Positions 37,549 through 47,284 of a stretch of 64,000 nt of DNA are shown here, piece by piece. Within the stretch, counting starts at the first letter, position 1; each line of letters starts with the position of its first letter. Below the pieces are notes generated by a model. That model ran no database searches. It was not told where the DNA came from and saw nothing but the letters and a program-made list of their open reading frames with translations. Made by a program: the position numbers and the translations under genes. Location: assembly GCF_024502345.1 (NCBI RefSeq), contig NZ_JALDNN010000001.1, one strand, 5' to 3'. This DNA comes from Escherichia coli. Lineage in GTDB: Bacteria > Pseudomonadota > Gammaproteobacteria > Enterobacterales > Enterobacteriaceae.

Positions 37549-38288
37549 GTAACTGGCCTTATCCCCGCATCGTCGCTCATCGTGGCGGCGGTAAGCTGGC
37601 CCCGGAAAACACCCTGGCGGCAATCGACGTCGGGGCAAAATACGGTCATAAGATGATCGAATTTGACGCGAAGTTATCGAAAGATGGCGAGATCTTCCTG
37701 CTCCATGACGACAATCTCGAACGCACCAGCAACGGCTGGGGCGTCGCGGGTGAACTGAACTGGCAGGATTTACTGCGCGTGGATGCGGGCAGTTGGTACA
37801 GCAAAGCGTTTAAAGGTGAGCCGCTGCCGTTGCTTTCGCAGGTGGCGGAACGCTGTCGCGAACACGGGATGATGGCGAATATCGAAATCAAACCCACCAC
37901 TGGCACTGGACCATTAACGGGCAAAATGGTGGCGCTGGCGGCACGCCAACTGTGGGCCGGTATGACGCCGCCGCTGCTGTCATCGTTTGAGATTGATGCT
38001 TTAGAAGCTGCACAGCTGGCGGCACCGGAACTGCCGCGTGGTTTATTGCTTGATGAGTGGCGCGACGACTGGCGCGAACTGACCGCGCGGCTGGGCTGCG
38101 TCTCTATTCATCTCAATCATAAGTTACTCGATAAAGTGCGAGTGATGCAGTTGAAAGACGCCGGACTGCGGATTCTGGTTTATACCGTCAATAAACCCCA
38201 GCGCGCGGCAGAGTTGCTGCGCTGGGGCGTGGATTGCATCTGTACCGATGCGATTGACGTGATTGGTCCGAACTTTACGGCCCAATAG
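37545..38288 (+). CDS. ugpQ: Glycerophosphodiester phosphodiesterase UgpQ
   Basis: 247 aa; GDPD-family motifs (HRGG, EFD, LHDD). Confidence 0.94.
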
Positions 38289-38715
38289 TTTTCAACGGAA
38301 TGTCAGGCTGCGGCGTGCTGGGCTGATTCAGCATGTCGCCGTTTCTCCTCTCCGGCAGCATATGCTGCTGATTCAACGAACTATCCGGATTACGGTTGCT
38401 GTTTAACATCCCGCCGTTGGTGTTGGGCAGCATTTGCTGCCGGGCGGGATTTCGCTCCCCCGGCTGTGACTGCAACACCCGCTGAGAATTATTGTTTATC
38501 TGGTTTTCTAAATGCTGCTGTTGCAACTGAGTTTGCGTTTTCAGTTGCTGATTCAGCATCCCTTTTTGCTGGATTTGCTGAGTCTGCATCTGGGTTTGCA
38601 TCCGCTGCTGGCTGGGTATCTGATACCCCGGCTGGTTAGGGTTGTTCAGAGTATTAATGGGCTGTGCAAAGCCGACAAACGGCAGGAGTGCCGTAAGAAT
38701 CAGAAGTCGTTTCAT
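38275..38715 (-). CDS. yhhA: Secreted Gln-rich protein YhhA (DUF2756)
   Basis: 146 aa; signal peptide then a low-complexity Q-rich region; convergent 14-bp overlap with the ugpQ 3' end. Confidence 0.85.
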
Positions 38716-38834
38716 CGCGTATCCTCCTCTGAAGATATCCTTTAAGTTTACTCGCTTCCCGACAAAACGATGATTAATTCAGAGTTATATACCAGGCTTA
38801 GCTGGGGTTGCCCCTTAATCTCTGGAGAATAACG

Positions 38835-40577
38835 ATGATAAAACCGACGTTTTTACGCCGGGTGGCCATTGCTGCTCTGCTCTCAGGAAGTTGTTTTAGC
38901 GCCGCCGCCGCGCCTCCTGCGCCGCCCGTCTCGTATGGTGTGGAGGAAGATGTCTTCCACCCGGTACGCGCGAAACAGGGAATGGTAGCGTCTGTGGACG
39001 CCACTGCCACTCAGGTGGGGGTGGATATTCTCAAGGAGGGCGGGAATGCCGTTGATGCCGCCGTGGCGGTGGGCTACGCGCTGGCGGTAACGCATCCGCA
39101 GGCAGGGAATCTGGGCGGTGGTGGTTTTATGTTAATCCGCTCGAAAAATGGCAATACCACGGCTATCGATTTCCGCGAAATGGCACCCGCCAAAGCGACC
39201 CGCGATATGTTCCTCGATGATCAGGGCAACCCGGACAGCAAAAAATCACTCACTTCGCATCTGGCTTCCGGCACACCGGGTACGGTAGCAGGTTTCTCGC
39301 TGGCGCTGGATAAATACGGCACCATGCCGCTGAACAAAGTCGTGCAGCCCGCGTTTAAACTGGCACGCGATGGTTTTATCGTTAACGACGCGCTGGCTGA
39401 CGATCTCAAAACCTACGGTAGCGAAGTGTTGCCGAATCACGAAAACAGTAAAGCTATCTTCTGGAAAGAGGGCGAGCCGCTGAAAAAGGGCGACACGCTG
39501 GTGCAGGCGAACCTGGCAAAGAGCCTGGAGATGATTGCTGAAAACGGCCCGGACGAATTCTATAAAGGCACGATTGCGGAACAGATCGCCCAGGAGATGC
39601 AGAAAAACGGTGGCTTGATCACTAAAGAAGATTTAGCGGCCTATAAAGCGGTCGAACGCACTCCGATAAGCGGCGATTATCGCGGGTATCAGGTTTACTC
39701 CATGCCACCGCCATCCTCCGGCGGGATCCATATCGTACAAATCCTCAATATTCTGGAAAACTTCGATATGAAGAAATACGGCTTTGGCAGCGCCGATGCG
39801 ATGCAAATCATGGCAGAAGCGGAGAAACACGCCTACGCCGACCGCTCGGAATATCTTGGCGACCCGGATTTTGTCAAAGTCCCGTGGCAGGCACTGACCA
39901 ATAAAGCCTATGCCAAATCCATTGCCGATCAAATTGATATCAACAAAGCGAAGCCGTCCAGTGAGATTCGCCCTGGCAAGCTTGCGCCTTATGAGAGTAA
40001 TCAAACTACCCATTACTCAGTGGTGGATAAAGATGGTAACGCGGTGGCGGTGACCTATACGCTGAACACCACCTTCGGTACGGGCATTGTCGCGGGCGAG
40101 AGCGGTATTCTGCTTAATAATCAGATGGATGATTTCTCCGCTAAACCGGGCGTACCGAACGTTTACGGGCTGGTGGGCGGTGATGCCAACGCCGTCGGGC
40201 CGAATAAACGTCCGCTGTCGTCAATGTCACCAACGATTGTGGTGAAAGACGGTAAAACCTGGCTGGTCACCGGTAGCCCTGGCGGGAGCCGGATCATCAC
40301 TACAGTGCTGCAAATGGTGGTGAATAGCATCGATTATGGCATGAACGTCGCCGAAGCGACCAATGCGCCGCGTTTCCACCATCAGTGGTTGCCGGACGAG
40401 CTGCGTGTCGAAAAAGGGTTTAGCCCGGATACGCTCAAGCTGCTGGAAGCAAAAGGTCAGAAAGTGGCGCTGAAAGAGGCGATGGGCAGTACACAAAGCA
40501 TTATGGTTGGGCCGGACGGTGAGTTGTACGGCGCATCCGACCCGCGCTCGGTGGATGATTTAACGGCGGGGTACTAA
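38835..40577 (+). CDS. ggt: Gamma-glutamyltranspeptidase Ggt
   Basis: Track ORF starts at 38808; ATG at 38835 (MIKPTFLRR...) gives 580 aa; autoprocessing-site Thr in the TTHYSVVD region. Confidence 0.95.
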   Translation: MIKPTFLRRVAIAALLSGSCFSAAAAPPAPPVSYGVEEDVFHPVRAKQGMVASVDATATQVGVDILKEGGNAVDAAVAVGYALAVTHPQAGNLGGGGFMLIRSKNGNTTAIDFREMAPAKATRDMFLDDQGNPDSKKSLTSHLASGTPGTVAGFSLALDKYGTMPLNKVVQPAFKLARDGFIVNDALADDLKTYGSEVLPNHENSKAIFWKEGEPLKKGDTLVQANLAKSLEMIAENGPDEFYKGTIAEQIAQEMQKNGGLITKEDLAAYKAVERTPISGDYRGYQVYSMPPPSSGGIHIVQILNILENFDMKKYGFGSADAMQIMAEAEKHAYADRSEYLGDPDFVKVPWQALTNKAYAKSIADQIDINKAKPSSEIRPGKLAPYESNQTTHYSVVDKDGNAVAVTYTLNTTFGTGIVAGESGILLNNQMDDFSAKPGVPNVYGLVGGDANAVGPNKRPLSSMSPTIVVKDGKTWLVTGSPGGSRIITTVLQMVVNSIDYGMNVAEATNAPRFHHQWLPDELRVEKGFSPDTLKLLEAKGQKVALKEAMGSTQSIMVGPDGELYGASDPRSVDDLTAGY

Positions 40578-40614
40578 GGTTAGCGGCCCTCTTCGTGGGA
40601 AGAGGGCTATTTTG

Positions 40615-40899
40615 TCAGGGCAAGCCGAAGGTAGCCTTTTTTATTTCGTAATCCTGTAGATATTCTTCCAGCGGCTTTGCCGTTCCCAGAGAATGAATTT
40701 CACCACTGTCTTTATCAATAATAAAAGGTGCGTTACCAGCTAAGCGCGCGGCCTCATCTCCAGTTTCGAGAAATTCTCGTGCTTCGAAACAGAAATACCA
40801 GCCCTGGCTAAAGCGTCCATGTAGAGTAATGACGACCGGGAGATCTGCATCATCAAGGTAATGGTTCGCTTTCGCGAATGCGTCGTGATAAGTAATCAT
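40615..40899 (-). CDS. yrhB: YrhB, small stable protein; putative immunity-like protein of the yhhZ cluster
   Basis: 94 aa; matches recalled K-12 YrhB. Confidence 0.85.
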   Translation of the reverse strand: MITYHDAFAKANHYLDDADLPVVITLHGRFSQGWYFCFEAREFLETGDEAARLAGNAPFIIDKDSGEIHSLGTAKPLEEYLQDYEIKKATFGLP

Positions 40900-41098
40900 A
40901 ATTATAATAAATATTATTGTTGAGTGTTATATTATTATTCCTGTGTGATACATTGAGCAAAGACGCGTTCATCTTCGTCAAAGATATTATTAAATGCTGG
41001 TTTTGAAAAAAGTTCATCGGATAAGATATAGTCACGAAATAAGTATCTGCTAATATTTTATGATTTCTTTTTCAGAACGTCGAACGGGATTTTCTTAT

Positions 41099-41254
41099 TT
41101 AAGATATCAGAATCTTATGATTCGGGTAAAATTCTAAATAAATCAACATGTCATTAAAATCATCATAGCCATTAGCTATTTCGGCTAAAATAGAGACTAC
41201 ATGTCTTCGGTCCATCTCACTTAAGGAGTGTAGTTCCGTTGTAAGTTTTTCCAT
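41099..41254 (-). CDS. Small 51-aa ORF between yrhB and yrhA (possibly the K-12 small protein YrhD)
   Basis: Not in the ORF track (below the length cut-off); ATG...TAA translating to MEKLTTELHSLSEMDRRHVVSILAEIANGYDDFNDMLIYLEFYPNHKILIS; same strand as yrhA/yrhB. Confidence 0.4.
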   Translation of the reverse strand: MEKLTTELHSLSEMDRRHVVSILAEIANGYDDFNDMLIYLEFYPNHKILIS

Positions 41255-41348
41255 AGCTTGCACTGCTAAATTTCGAACAAGGAATTTTCTGCTGGTAATC
41301 TCTAAAAAGATGGCATGGTTTACAATGATTTTTGTTTCCTTTTGATTA

Positions 41349-41843
41349 TTATGAACAACTGTCCATGATTTCGTTTAAGAATGAAGAGAAATCACTAAAC
41401 GAACTGAATATATTTTCTGTGCCAATATTATCTCTAATTTCAAAAAAGTTACTTTTAATGTCATAAGTAAATATTGAAATGCTATCATCCCCGATCACTA
41501 ACCGTTCTTGTAGATCAGGGTTTATGAAATCATCATTATTTCTATAAAATTCATTTACGGCAAAAAGGTTTTTAACTGAAGGTTCTGGAATCGAGAGGCT
41601 AAATAATCGTAATCCATTAACTTCGAATCCATCCATTGCTCTTAAAAAAGTAAGATAATCAGGTTGATTCTTAAAAAGAATACTAACTTCATTACATAAC
41701 TTCTCCAGGCAATTAGTTGAATTAGAATTAAATTCTATTTGGATTATACTTTCAATAAATGATTCCTTGAGCGGAGCTTCAAATGGATAGTCTAAATCAT
41801 TCATCATTTTTATTAATTTATTTATTTGGGTTTTAGTCATCAT
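41349..41843 (-). CDS. yrhA: YrhA, putative immunity protein for the YhhZ nuclease domain; intact here
   Basis: 164 aa; start overlaps the yhhZ stop (ATGA); no IS1 interruption in this window. Confidence 0.75.
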   Translation of the reverse strand: MMTKTQINKLIKMMNDLDYPFEAPLKESFIESIIQIEFNSNSTNCLEKLCNEVSILFKNQPDYLTFLRAMDGFEVNGLRLFSLSIPEPSVKNLFAVNEFYRNNDDFINPDLQERLVIGDDSISIFTYDIKSNFFEIRDNIGTENIFSSFSDFSSFLNEIMDSCS

Positions 41844-43018
41844 TTTGTGTGGTCCATAATATTTTTCATGGGAGGATAAATTGAGCCAGATGGAATGGCC
41901 CAGGGAGTGATTTTGCTTTCACCTACTAATATTCCCTTAGCTATTCGTGATTGCATGTTAGTAAAAACTTTATGATATGGTTCGTTTTCGATTAATACTA
42001 AATTTTCGAAATCATTAGTACCACCATCATCTAGAGATAGTTTATGGTGAACATTATAATTTAGAGGAGCATTGCCCTTTCTCATTCTTAAAAGGTCTTC
42101 GGCGTTGAATCTTCCAGATGCTTCGGAGGTTTTTGCAAGTTTGATAAGAAAATTTTTTCTTACAGTTTTATTAAACTCCTTTCGTAAGTTAGCTAAGTCT
42201 TTTGAAGGTCTCTTAATGTATATTATTTCTATTATGTCTATACCATCAAGAAGTTTTTGTTGACCTCTAAGTTTGCCTAAGTAACTATTTATTTCTGTAT
42301 ATGTATCAACATTAGAACGCTTTGTTAAAAGAATAGATGCTGTTGCTATCGCTATGCCCGCTGTTTTTTCATTTAGTATTTGATCATAGCCTTTTATTGC
42401 ATCTCCACCCAGTTTTTCCGCAGTATCTCTGAATCCTTCAATGTTCCCATTGTATACGCCACCAGCAGCAAGTAGCCTGCCAATAGCTTTGCTGTTTAAC
42501 GTTTTGAAACGATTATTTGTTTGGTTTTTTGAATTTGGTAAAAACAAACGGTTATAATTTTCAGGGAGTGCCAAATAGCTGAACTCGGTATTTGCGATAA
42601 GATGTTGACAGAGGATAAATTCATAACTAATAGTTATTGTTTCTGTATCCAGTTGGTTTTCAATGATCTGGTGATGAATAGCCGATAAAAAAGCGCCTCT
42701 TAGTTGTATATAATAATACTTTTCCAATCTACCAAATCTATTTATTCGATAGAAGTCAAATCCCATAAATAATTGTTCATTATTGTTAATGGAATTAATA
42801 AATAATGGAGTGCTTTTATCAATTAATTTACAAAATGTTATACCATGGAACTGTGAACCAAGCCCCGTATTATTAATATTATTTAAGAGTGAGAATGTAA
42901 ATATTTCATCCTCATGCCCGCTCTGCCAACGATTACCTGTAGACTCAGAAGTCCCACAACCTGCGGAGATGCTTCCTTGTTGTTCTCCCGTTACTGTCAG
43001 GTAAACAATATTACTCAT
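41840..43018 (-). CDS. yhhZ: YhhZ, Hcp-like N-terminal domain fused to a C-terminal HNH-type nuclease domain
   Basis: 392 aa; N-terminal VYLTVTGEQQGSI... Hcp-like pattern; C-terminal NYNVHHKLSLDDGGTNDFENLVLIENEPYH HNH motif; low-GC sequence. Confidence 0.85.
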   Translation of the reverse strand: MSNIVYLTVTGEQQGSISAGCGTSESTGNRWQSGHEDEIFTFSLLNNINNTGLGSQFHGITFCKLIDKSTPLFINSINNNEQLFMGFDFYRINRFGRLEKYYYIQLRGAFLSAIHHQIIENQLDTETITISYEFILCQHLIANTEFSYLALPENYNRLFLPNSKNQTNNRFKTLNSKAIGRLLAAGGVYNGNIEGFRDTAEKLGGDAIKGYDQILNEKTAGIAIATASILLTKRSNVDTYTEINSYLGKLRGQQKLLDGIDIIEIIYIKRPSKDLANLRKEFNKTVRKNFLIKLAKTSEASGRFNAEDLLRMRKGNAPLNYNVHHKLSLDDGGTNDFENLVLIENEPYHKVFTNMQSRIAKGILVGESKITPWAIPSGSIYPPMKNIMDHTK

Positions 43019-43250
43019 CCCTGAAAAGTCCTTTTATGGCATGCTATTTTATCAATGGCAATATTATGCTTGTTAATTGTTATTTATTTACTCCAGGAAA
43101 TTGTAGGCGTATATATTAAAAAAATATTACACTTTAGGAAGTAATTATGAGTTAAATCTCAATATATGTATTGGGCAAATAAATACCTTAAAGGAAGGTA
43201 TGTCGATTTTGAATGACACCCTTTTTCCATCTCAGAAAAAGGGCACTATC

Positions 43251-43739
43251 TTACTTCACCCGCGCCATATAATATGCATCGACATATTCACCATTACGCA
43301 ATGCGTACTTCTTACCAGTCCCTTCAATTTCAAAGCCGTATTTTTTATAGACCTTAATTGCCGGGGCGTTATCGACAAACACGGTTAGTTCAATGCGATC
43401 TACCCGCAACCAGTTGTCGCACATTTCAATCATCTCTCGCATCAGGGCGCTGGCGACGCCGCGGTTCTTCCAACGAGAGTCGACACAGATACCAAAATCG
43501 GCAACATGACTGCGGCGTGGGCGCTGTTGCACGTCAATGGTGAGATGGCCCACGACGTCTCCATCAATACAGGCGACGAGTTGCTTGATGCCGGGACGAT
43601 CGGCGAGTCGCTCCTGCCACATATGATCGGAAGGATGAGGCACCTGTAGTGTGTTGCAATACACCTCCGGCTGGGCGTGAATCTGCCTGATGGCCTCGTA
43701 ATCCCGTGTTTCTGCGTGGCGTATTACTATCTCACTCAT
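43251..43739 (-). CDS. yhhY: GNAT-family N-acetyltransferase YhhY
   Basis: Track ORF 43251..43817; internal ATG at 43739 (MSEIVIRHAETRDY...) gives 162 aa. Confidence 0.88.
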   Translation of the reverse strand: MSEIVIRHAETRDYEAIRQIHAQPEVYCNTLQVPHPSDHMWQERLADRPGIKQLVACIDGDVVGHLTIDVQQRPRRSHVADFGICVDSRWKNRGVASALMREMIEMCDNWLRVDRIELTVFVDNAPAIKVYKKYGFEIEGTGKKYALRNGEYVDAYYMARVK

Positions 43740-43833
43740 TCCTTTGTCCTCTTTGGGGTAAATGTCCCTTTCAACATCATTGACTTTCAAATGCGAGTCA
43801 AATGCATTTTTTTGCAAAAAGTGTTGGACAAGT

Positions 43834-43856
43834 GCGAATGAGAATGATTATTATTG
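43834..43856 (+). promoter_or_regulatory. Fur box overlapping the ryhB promoter
   Basis: GCGAATGAGAATGATTATTATTG resembles the Fur consensus GATAATGATAATCATTATC; lies immediately upstream of the RyhB 5' end. Confidence 0.8.
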
Positions 43857-43860
43857 TCTC

Positions 43861-43955
43861 GCGATCAGGAAGACCCTCGCGGAGAACCTGAAAGCACGAC
43901 ATTGCTCACATTGCTTCCAGTATTACTTAGCCAGCCGGGTGCTGGCTTTTTTTTT
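43861..43955 (+). ncRNA. ryhB: Fur-regulated small RNA RyhB
   Basis: GCGATCAGGAAGACCCTCGCGGAGAACCTGAAAGCACGACATTGCTCACATTGCTTCCAGTATTACTTAGCCAGCCGGGTGCTGGCTTTTTTTTT matches recalled RyhB, including the terminator hairpin and poly-U; sits between yhhY and yhhX as in K-12. Confidence 0.92.
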
Positions 43956-44071
43956 GATCTTTCGTTCTCAATTTATCCACGGGAGTGCTTGTGTTCGTTA
44001 TGCGCACTCCAGTAGGAACCACGTCCGCTTTGCGCTAAGGTGTAAATAACCACCTTAAAAAGGACGAAATC

Positions 44072-45109
44072 ATGGTCATCAACTGCGCCTTTATTGGCTT
44101 CGGCAAAAGCACCACCCGTTACCATCTGCCGTATGTACTTAACCGCAAGGATAGCTGGCATGTCGCGCATATTTTTCGTCGCCATGCGAAGCCGGAAGAA
44201 CAGGCTCCCATTTATTCCCATATCCATTTCACCAGCGATCTCGACGAAGTACTAAACGATCCCGATGTTAAGCTGGTTGTTGTCTGCACCCACGCGGACA
44301 GCCATTTCGAGTACGCGAAACGCGCGCTGGAAGCCGGGAAAAATGTGCTGGTCGAAAAACCGTTCACTCCGACACTTGCGCAGGCGAAAGAGCTGTTTGC
44401 ACTGGCGAAAAGCAAAGGGCTGACCGTCACGCCATATCAGAATCGTCGCTTTGATTCCTGCTTCCTGACGGCGAAAAAAGCGATTGAAAGCGGCAAGCTG
44501 GGAGAGATTGTCGAAGTGGAAAGCCATTTTGACTATTACCGCCCGGTGGCAGAAACCAAACCTGGACTGCCGCAGGATGGCGCGTTCTATGGCCTTGGTG
44601 TGCATACGATGGACCAGATTATTTCTCTGTTCGGTCGCCCGGATCACGTCGCTTATGACATCCGCAGCCTGCGTAATACAGCCAATCCTGACGACACCTT
44701 TGAAGCGCAACTGTTTTATGGCGACCTGAAAGCCATCGTCAAAACCAGCCATCTGGTGAAAATCGATTATCCGAAATTTATCGTTCACGGTAAGAAAGGT
44801 TCGTTTATTAAATACGGTATCGACCAGCAGGAAACCAGCCTGAAGGCTAATATTATGCCGGGCGAACCGGGATTCGCAGCGGATGATTCGGTCGGTGTGC
44901 TGGAGTATGTCAATGACGAGGGCGTGACGGTCAGAGAAGAGATGAAGCCGGAGATGGGCGATTACGGGCGCGTTTATGATGCGTTGTATCAAACCATCAC
45001 CCACGGTGCGCCAAATTACGTCAAGGAATCTGAAGTTCTTACCAATCTGGAAATCTTTGAACGCGGATTTGAGCAAGCCTCTCCCTCCACAGTAACTCTC
45101 GCTAAGTAA
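44072..45109 (+). CDS. yhhX: Gfo/Idh/MocA-family oxidoreductase YhhX
   Basis: 345 aa; N-terminal Rossmann motif (AFIGFGKS); matches K-12 YhhX. Confidence 0.92.
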   Translation: MVINCAFIGFGKSTTRYHLPYVLNRKDSWHVAHIFRRHAKPEEQAPIYSHIHFTSDLDEVLNDPDVKLVVVCTHADSHFEYAKRALEAGKNVLVEKPFTPTLAQAKELFALAKSKGLTVTPYQNRRFDSCFLTAKKAIESGKLGEIVEVESHFDYYRPVAETKPGLPQDGAFYGLGVHTMDQIISLFGRPDHVAYDIRSLRNTANPDDTFEAQLFYGDLKAIVKTSHLVKIDYPKFIVHGKKGSFIKYGIDQQETSLKANIMPGEPGFAADDSVGVLEYVNDEGVTVREEMKPEMGDYGRVYDALYQTITHGAPNYVKESEVLTNLEIFERGFEQASPSTVTLAK

Positions 45110-45231
45110 GTTTGATGGCCCCTCGAATAGTTCAATTTTTTTGAACAGAGGGGTCAATTTTCACCCTCTATCATCCCAGGCAGATCGGGTCCACACTAAG
45201 CCCATCGAAATCATTCAGGGGGCGAATACAA

Positions 45232-45927
45232 ATGATCTACTTACGCAAAGCAAATGAACGTGGTCATGCAAATCATGGCTGGCTGGACTCCTGGCATACT
45301 TTCTCTTTTGCCAACTATTACGATCCGAACTTTATGGGCTTCTCCGCGCTGCGCGTGATTAACGACGACGTGATTGAAGCAGGGCAGGGCTTCGGCACTC
45401 ACCCGCATAAAGATATGGAAATTTTGACCTACGTGCTGGAAGGTACTGTTGAGCATCAGGACAGCATGGGCAATAAAGAGCAGGTTCCGGCGGGTGAGTT
45501 CCAGATTATGAGTGCGGGTACGGGTATTCGTCACTCAGAGTACAACCCAAACAGCACCGAGCGTCTGCATCTGTATCAGATCTGGATCATGCCTGAAGAA
45601 AATGGCATTACGCCGCGTTATGAACAGCGTCGCTTCGATGCCGTGCAGGGCAAACAGCTGGTGCTCTCGCCGGATGCGCGAGATGGTTCGCTGAAAGTGC
45701 ATCAGGATATGGAACTGTATCGTTGGGCGTTGCTGAAAGATGAGCAGTCGGTGCATCAGATTGCCGCTGAACGCCGCGTCTGGATCCAGGTGGTGAAAGG
45801 CAATGTCACCATTAACAGCGTGAAAGCCTCGACCAGCGATGGTCTGGCAATCTGGGATGAGCAGGCAATTTCCATCCATGCGGATAGCGACAGCGAAGTG
45901 TTACTGTTCGATCTGCCGCCGGTTTAA
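45232..45927 (+). CDS. yhhW: Pirin-like quercetin 2,3-dioxygenase YhhW
   Basis: 231 aa; cupin metal-ligand histidines (HPH...E...H); matches K-12 YhhW. Confidence 0.92.
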   Translation: MIYLRKANERGHANHGWLDSWHTFSFANYYDPNFMGFSALRVINDDVIEAGQGFGTHPHKDMEILTYVLEGTVEHQDSMGNKEQVPAGEFQIMSAGTGIRHSEYNPNSTERLHLYQIWIMPEENGITPRYEQRRFDAVQGKQLVLSPDARDGSLKVHQDMELYRWALLKDEQSVHQIAAERRVWIQVVKGNVTINSVKASTSDGLAIWDEQAISIHADSDSEVLLFDLPPV

Positions 45928-46150
45928 AGCTCCACGGCATTTTTGAAGCCTGCCTTTTTGCAGGCTTCCTCGCTCGCTCCGGTCGCGTGCTGATGCACGC
46001 TTCCGGGGTTTTGCCGCGTCGTTAGCACAATGCGATGCAATTGATTTAGTGTATATCTAATAATTGTAAACAAGCACTGTTTTCCCCGGGAAGGTTCTGA
46101 TGCGTCCGTGTTAAACTAAGAGAATCTATCTCTTTTGTACCTTCAGGACG

Positions 46151-47146
46151 ATGAAAAAGAAAAGACCCGTACTTCAGGATGTGGCTGACCGTGTAGGCGT
46201 GACCAAAATGACGGTCAGCCGTTTTTTACGCAACCCGGAGCAGGTTTCCGTCGCTCTACGCGGCAAGATTGCCGCCGCTCTTGATGAACTGGGCTATATT
46301 CCCAATCGTGCGCCCGATATCCTCTCTAACGCTACCAGCCGGGCGATTGGCGTCCTGTTACCTTCTCTCACCAACCAGGTTTTCGCGGAAGTATTACGCG
46401 GAATCGAAAGCGTCACCGACGCGCACGGTTATCAAACCATGCTGGCGCACTACGGTTATAAACCGGAAATGGAGCAAGAACGCCTCGAATCCATGCTCTC
46501 ATGGAATATCGATGGACTGATCCTCACCGAACGTACCCACACGCCGCGCACCTTAAAGATGATTGAAGTGGCGGGGATCCCGGTGGTGGAACTCATGGAC
46601 AGCCAGTCGCCGTGCCTCGATATCGCCGTCGGTTTTGATAACTTTGAAGCGGCACGCCAGATGACCACCGCCATTATTGCTCGCGGGCATTGCCACATTG
46701 CCTATCTCGGCGCGCGTCTCGACGAACGTACTATCATCAAACAGAAGGGATACGAACAGGCGATGCTGGATGCAGGTCTGGTGCCGTATAGCGTGATGGT
46801 TGAGCAATCTTCTTCTTACTCTTCCGGTATTGAACTGATTCGCCAGGCGCGGCGGGAATATCCGCAGCTGGATGGCGTGTTCTGTACCAACGATGACCTG
46901 GCGGTCGGCGCGGCGTTTGAATGTCAGCGTCTGGGATTGAAGGTTCCTGACGATATGGCGATTGCCGGTTTCCACGGTCATGACATTGGCCAGGTGATGG
47001 AGCCGCGGTTAGCGAGCGTGCTGACGCCGCGTGAGCGGATGGGCAGTATTGGCGCTGAACGCCTGCTGGCGCGTATTCGTGGCGAATCTGTGACACCGAA
47101 AATGTTAGATTTAGGTTTCACCTTGTCACCGGGCGGATCTATTTAA
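46151..47146 (+). CDS. gntR: Gluconate repressor GntR (LacI family)
   Basis: 331 aa; N-terminal HTH (VTKMTVSRFL) and periplasmic-binding-fold effector domain. Confidence 0.95.
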   Translation: MKKKRPVLQDVADRVGVTKMTVSRFLRNPEQVSVALRGKIAAALDELGYIPNRAPDILSNATSRAIGVLLPSLTNQVFAEVLRGIESVTDAHGYQTMLAHYGYKPEMEQERLESMLSWNIDGLILTERTHTPRTLKMIEVAGIPVVELMDSQSPCLDIAVGFDNFEAARQMTTAIIARGHCHIAYLGARLDERTIIKQKGYEQAMLDAGLVPYSVMVEQSSSYSSGIELIRQARREYPQLDGVFCTNDDLAVGAAFECQRLGLKVPDDMAIAGFHGHDIGQVMEPRLASVLTPRERMGSIGAERLLARIRGESVTPKMLDLGFTLSPGGSI

Positions 47147-47224
47147 GCCTACAAATTTGAAGTAGCTCACACTTATACACTTAAGGCACGGATGGATATT
47201 GCTTCTGATATTGTCCGGCTGGAC

Positions 47225-47256
47225 AATGTTACCGATAACAGTTACCCGTAACATTT
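47225..47256 (+). promoter_or_regulatory. Two adjacent GntR operator sites in the gntK promoter
   Basis: AATGTTACCGATAACA and AGTTACCCGTAACATT, each a near-palindromic GntR box. Confidence 0.75.
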
Positions 47257-47284
47257 TTAATTCTTGTATTGTGGGGGCACCACT

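Noticed and set aside
40853-41035. 60-aa minus-strand ORF overlapping the yrhB start
   Set aside because: It overlaps yrhB in another frame and its translation is Asn/Ile-rich low complexity typical of AT-rich DNA.
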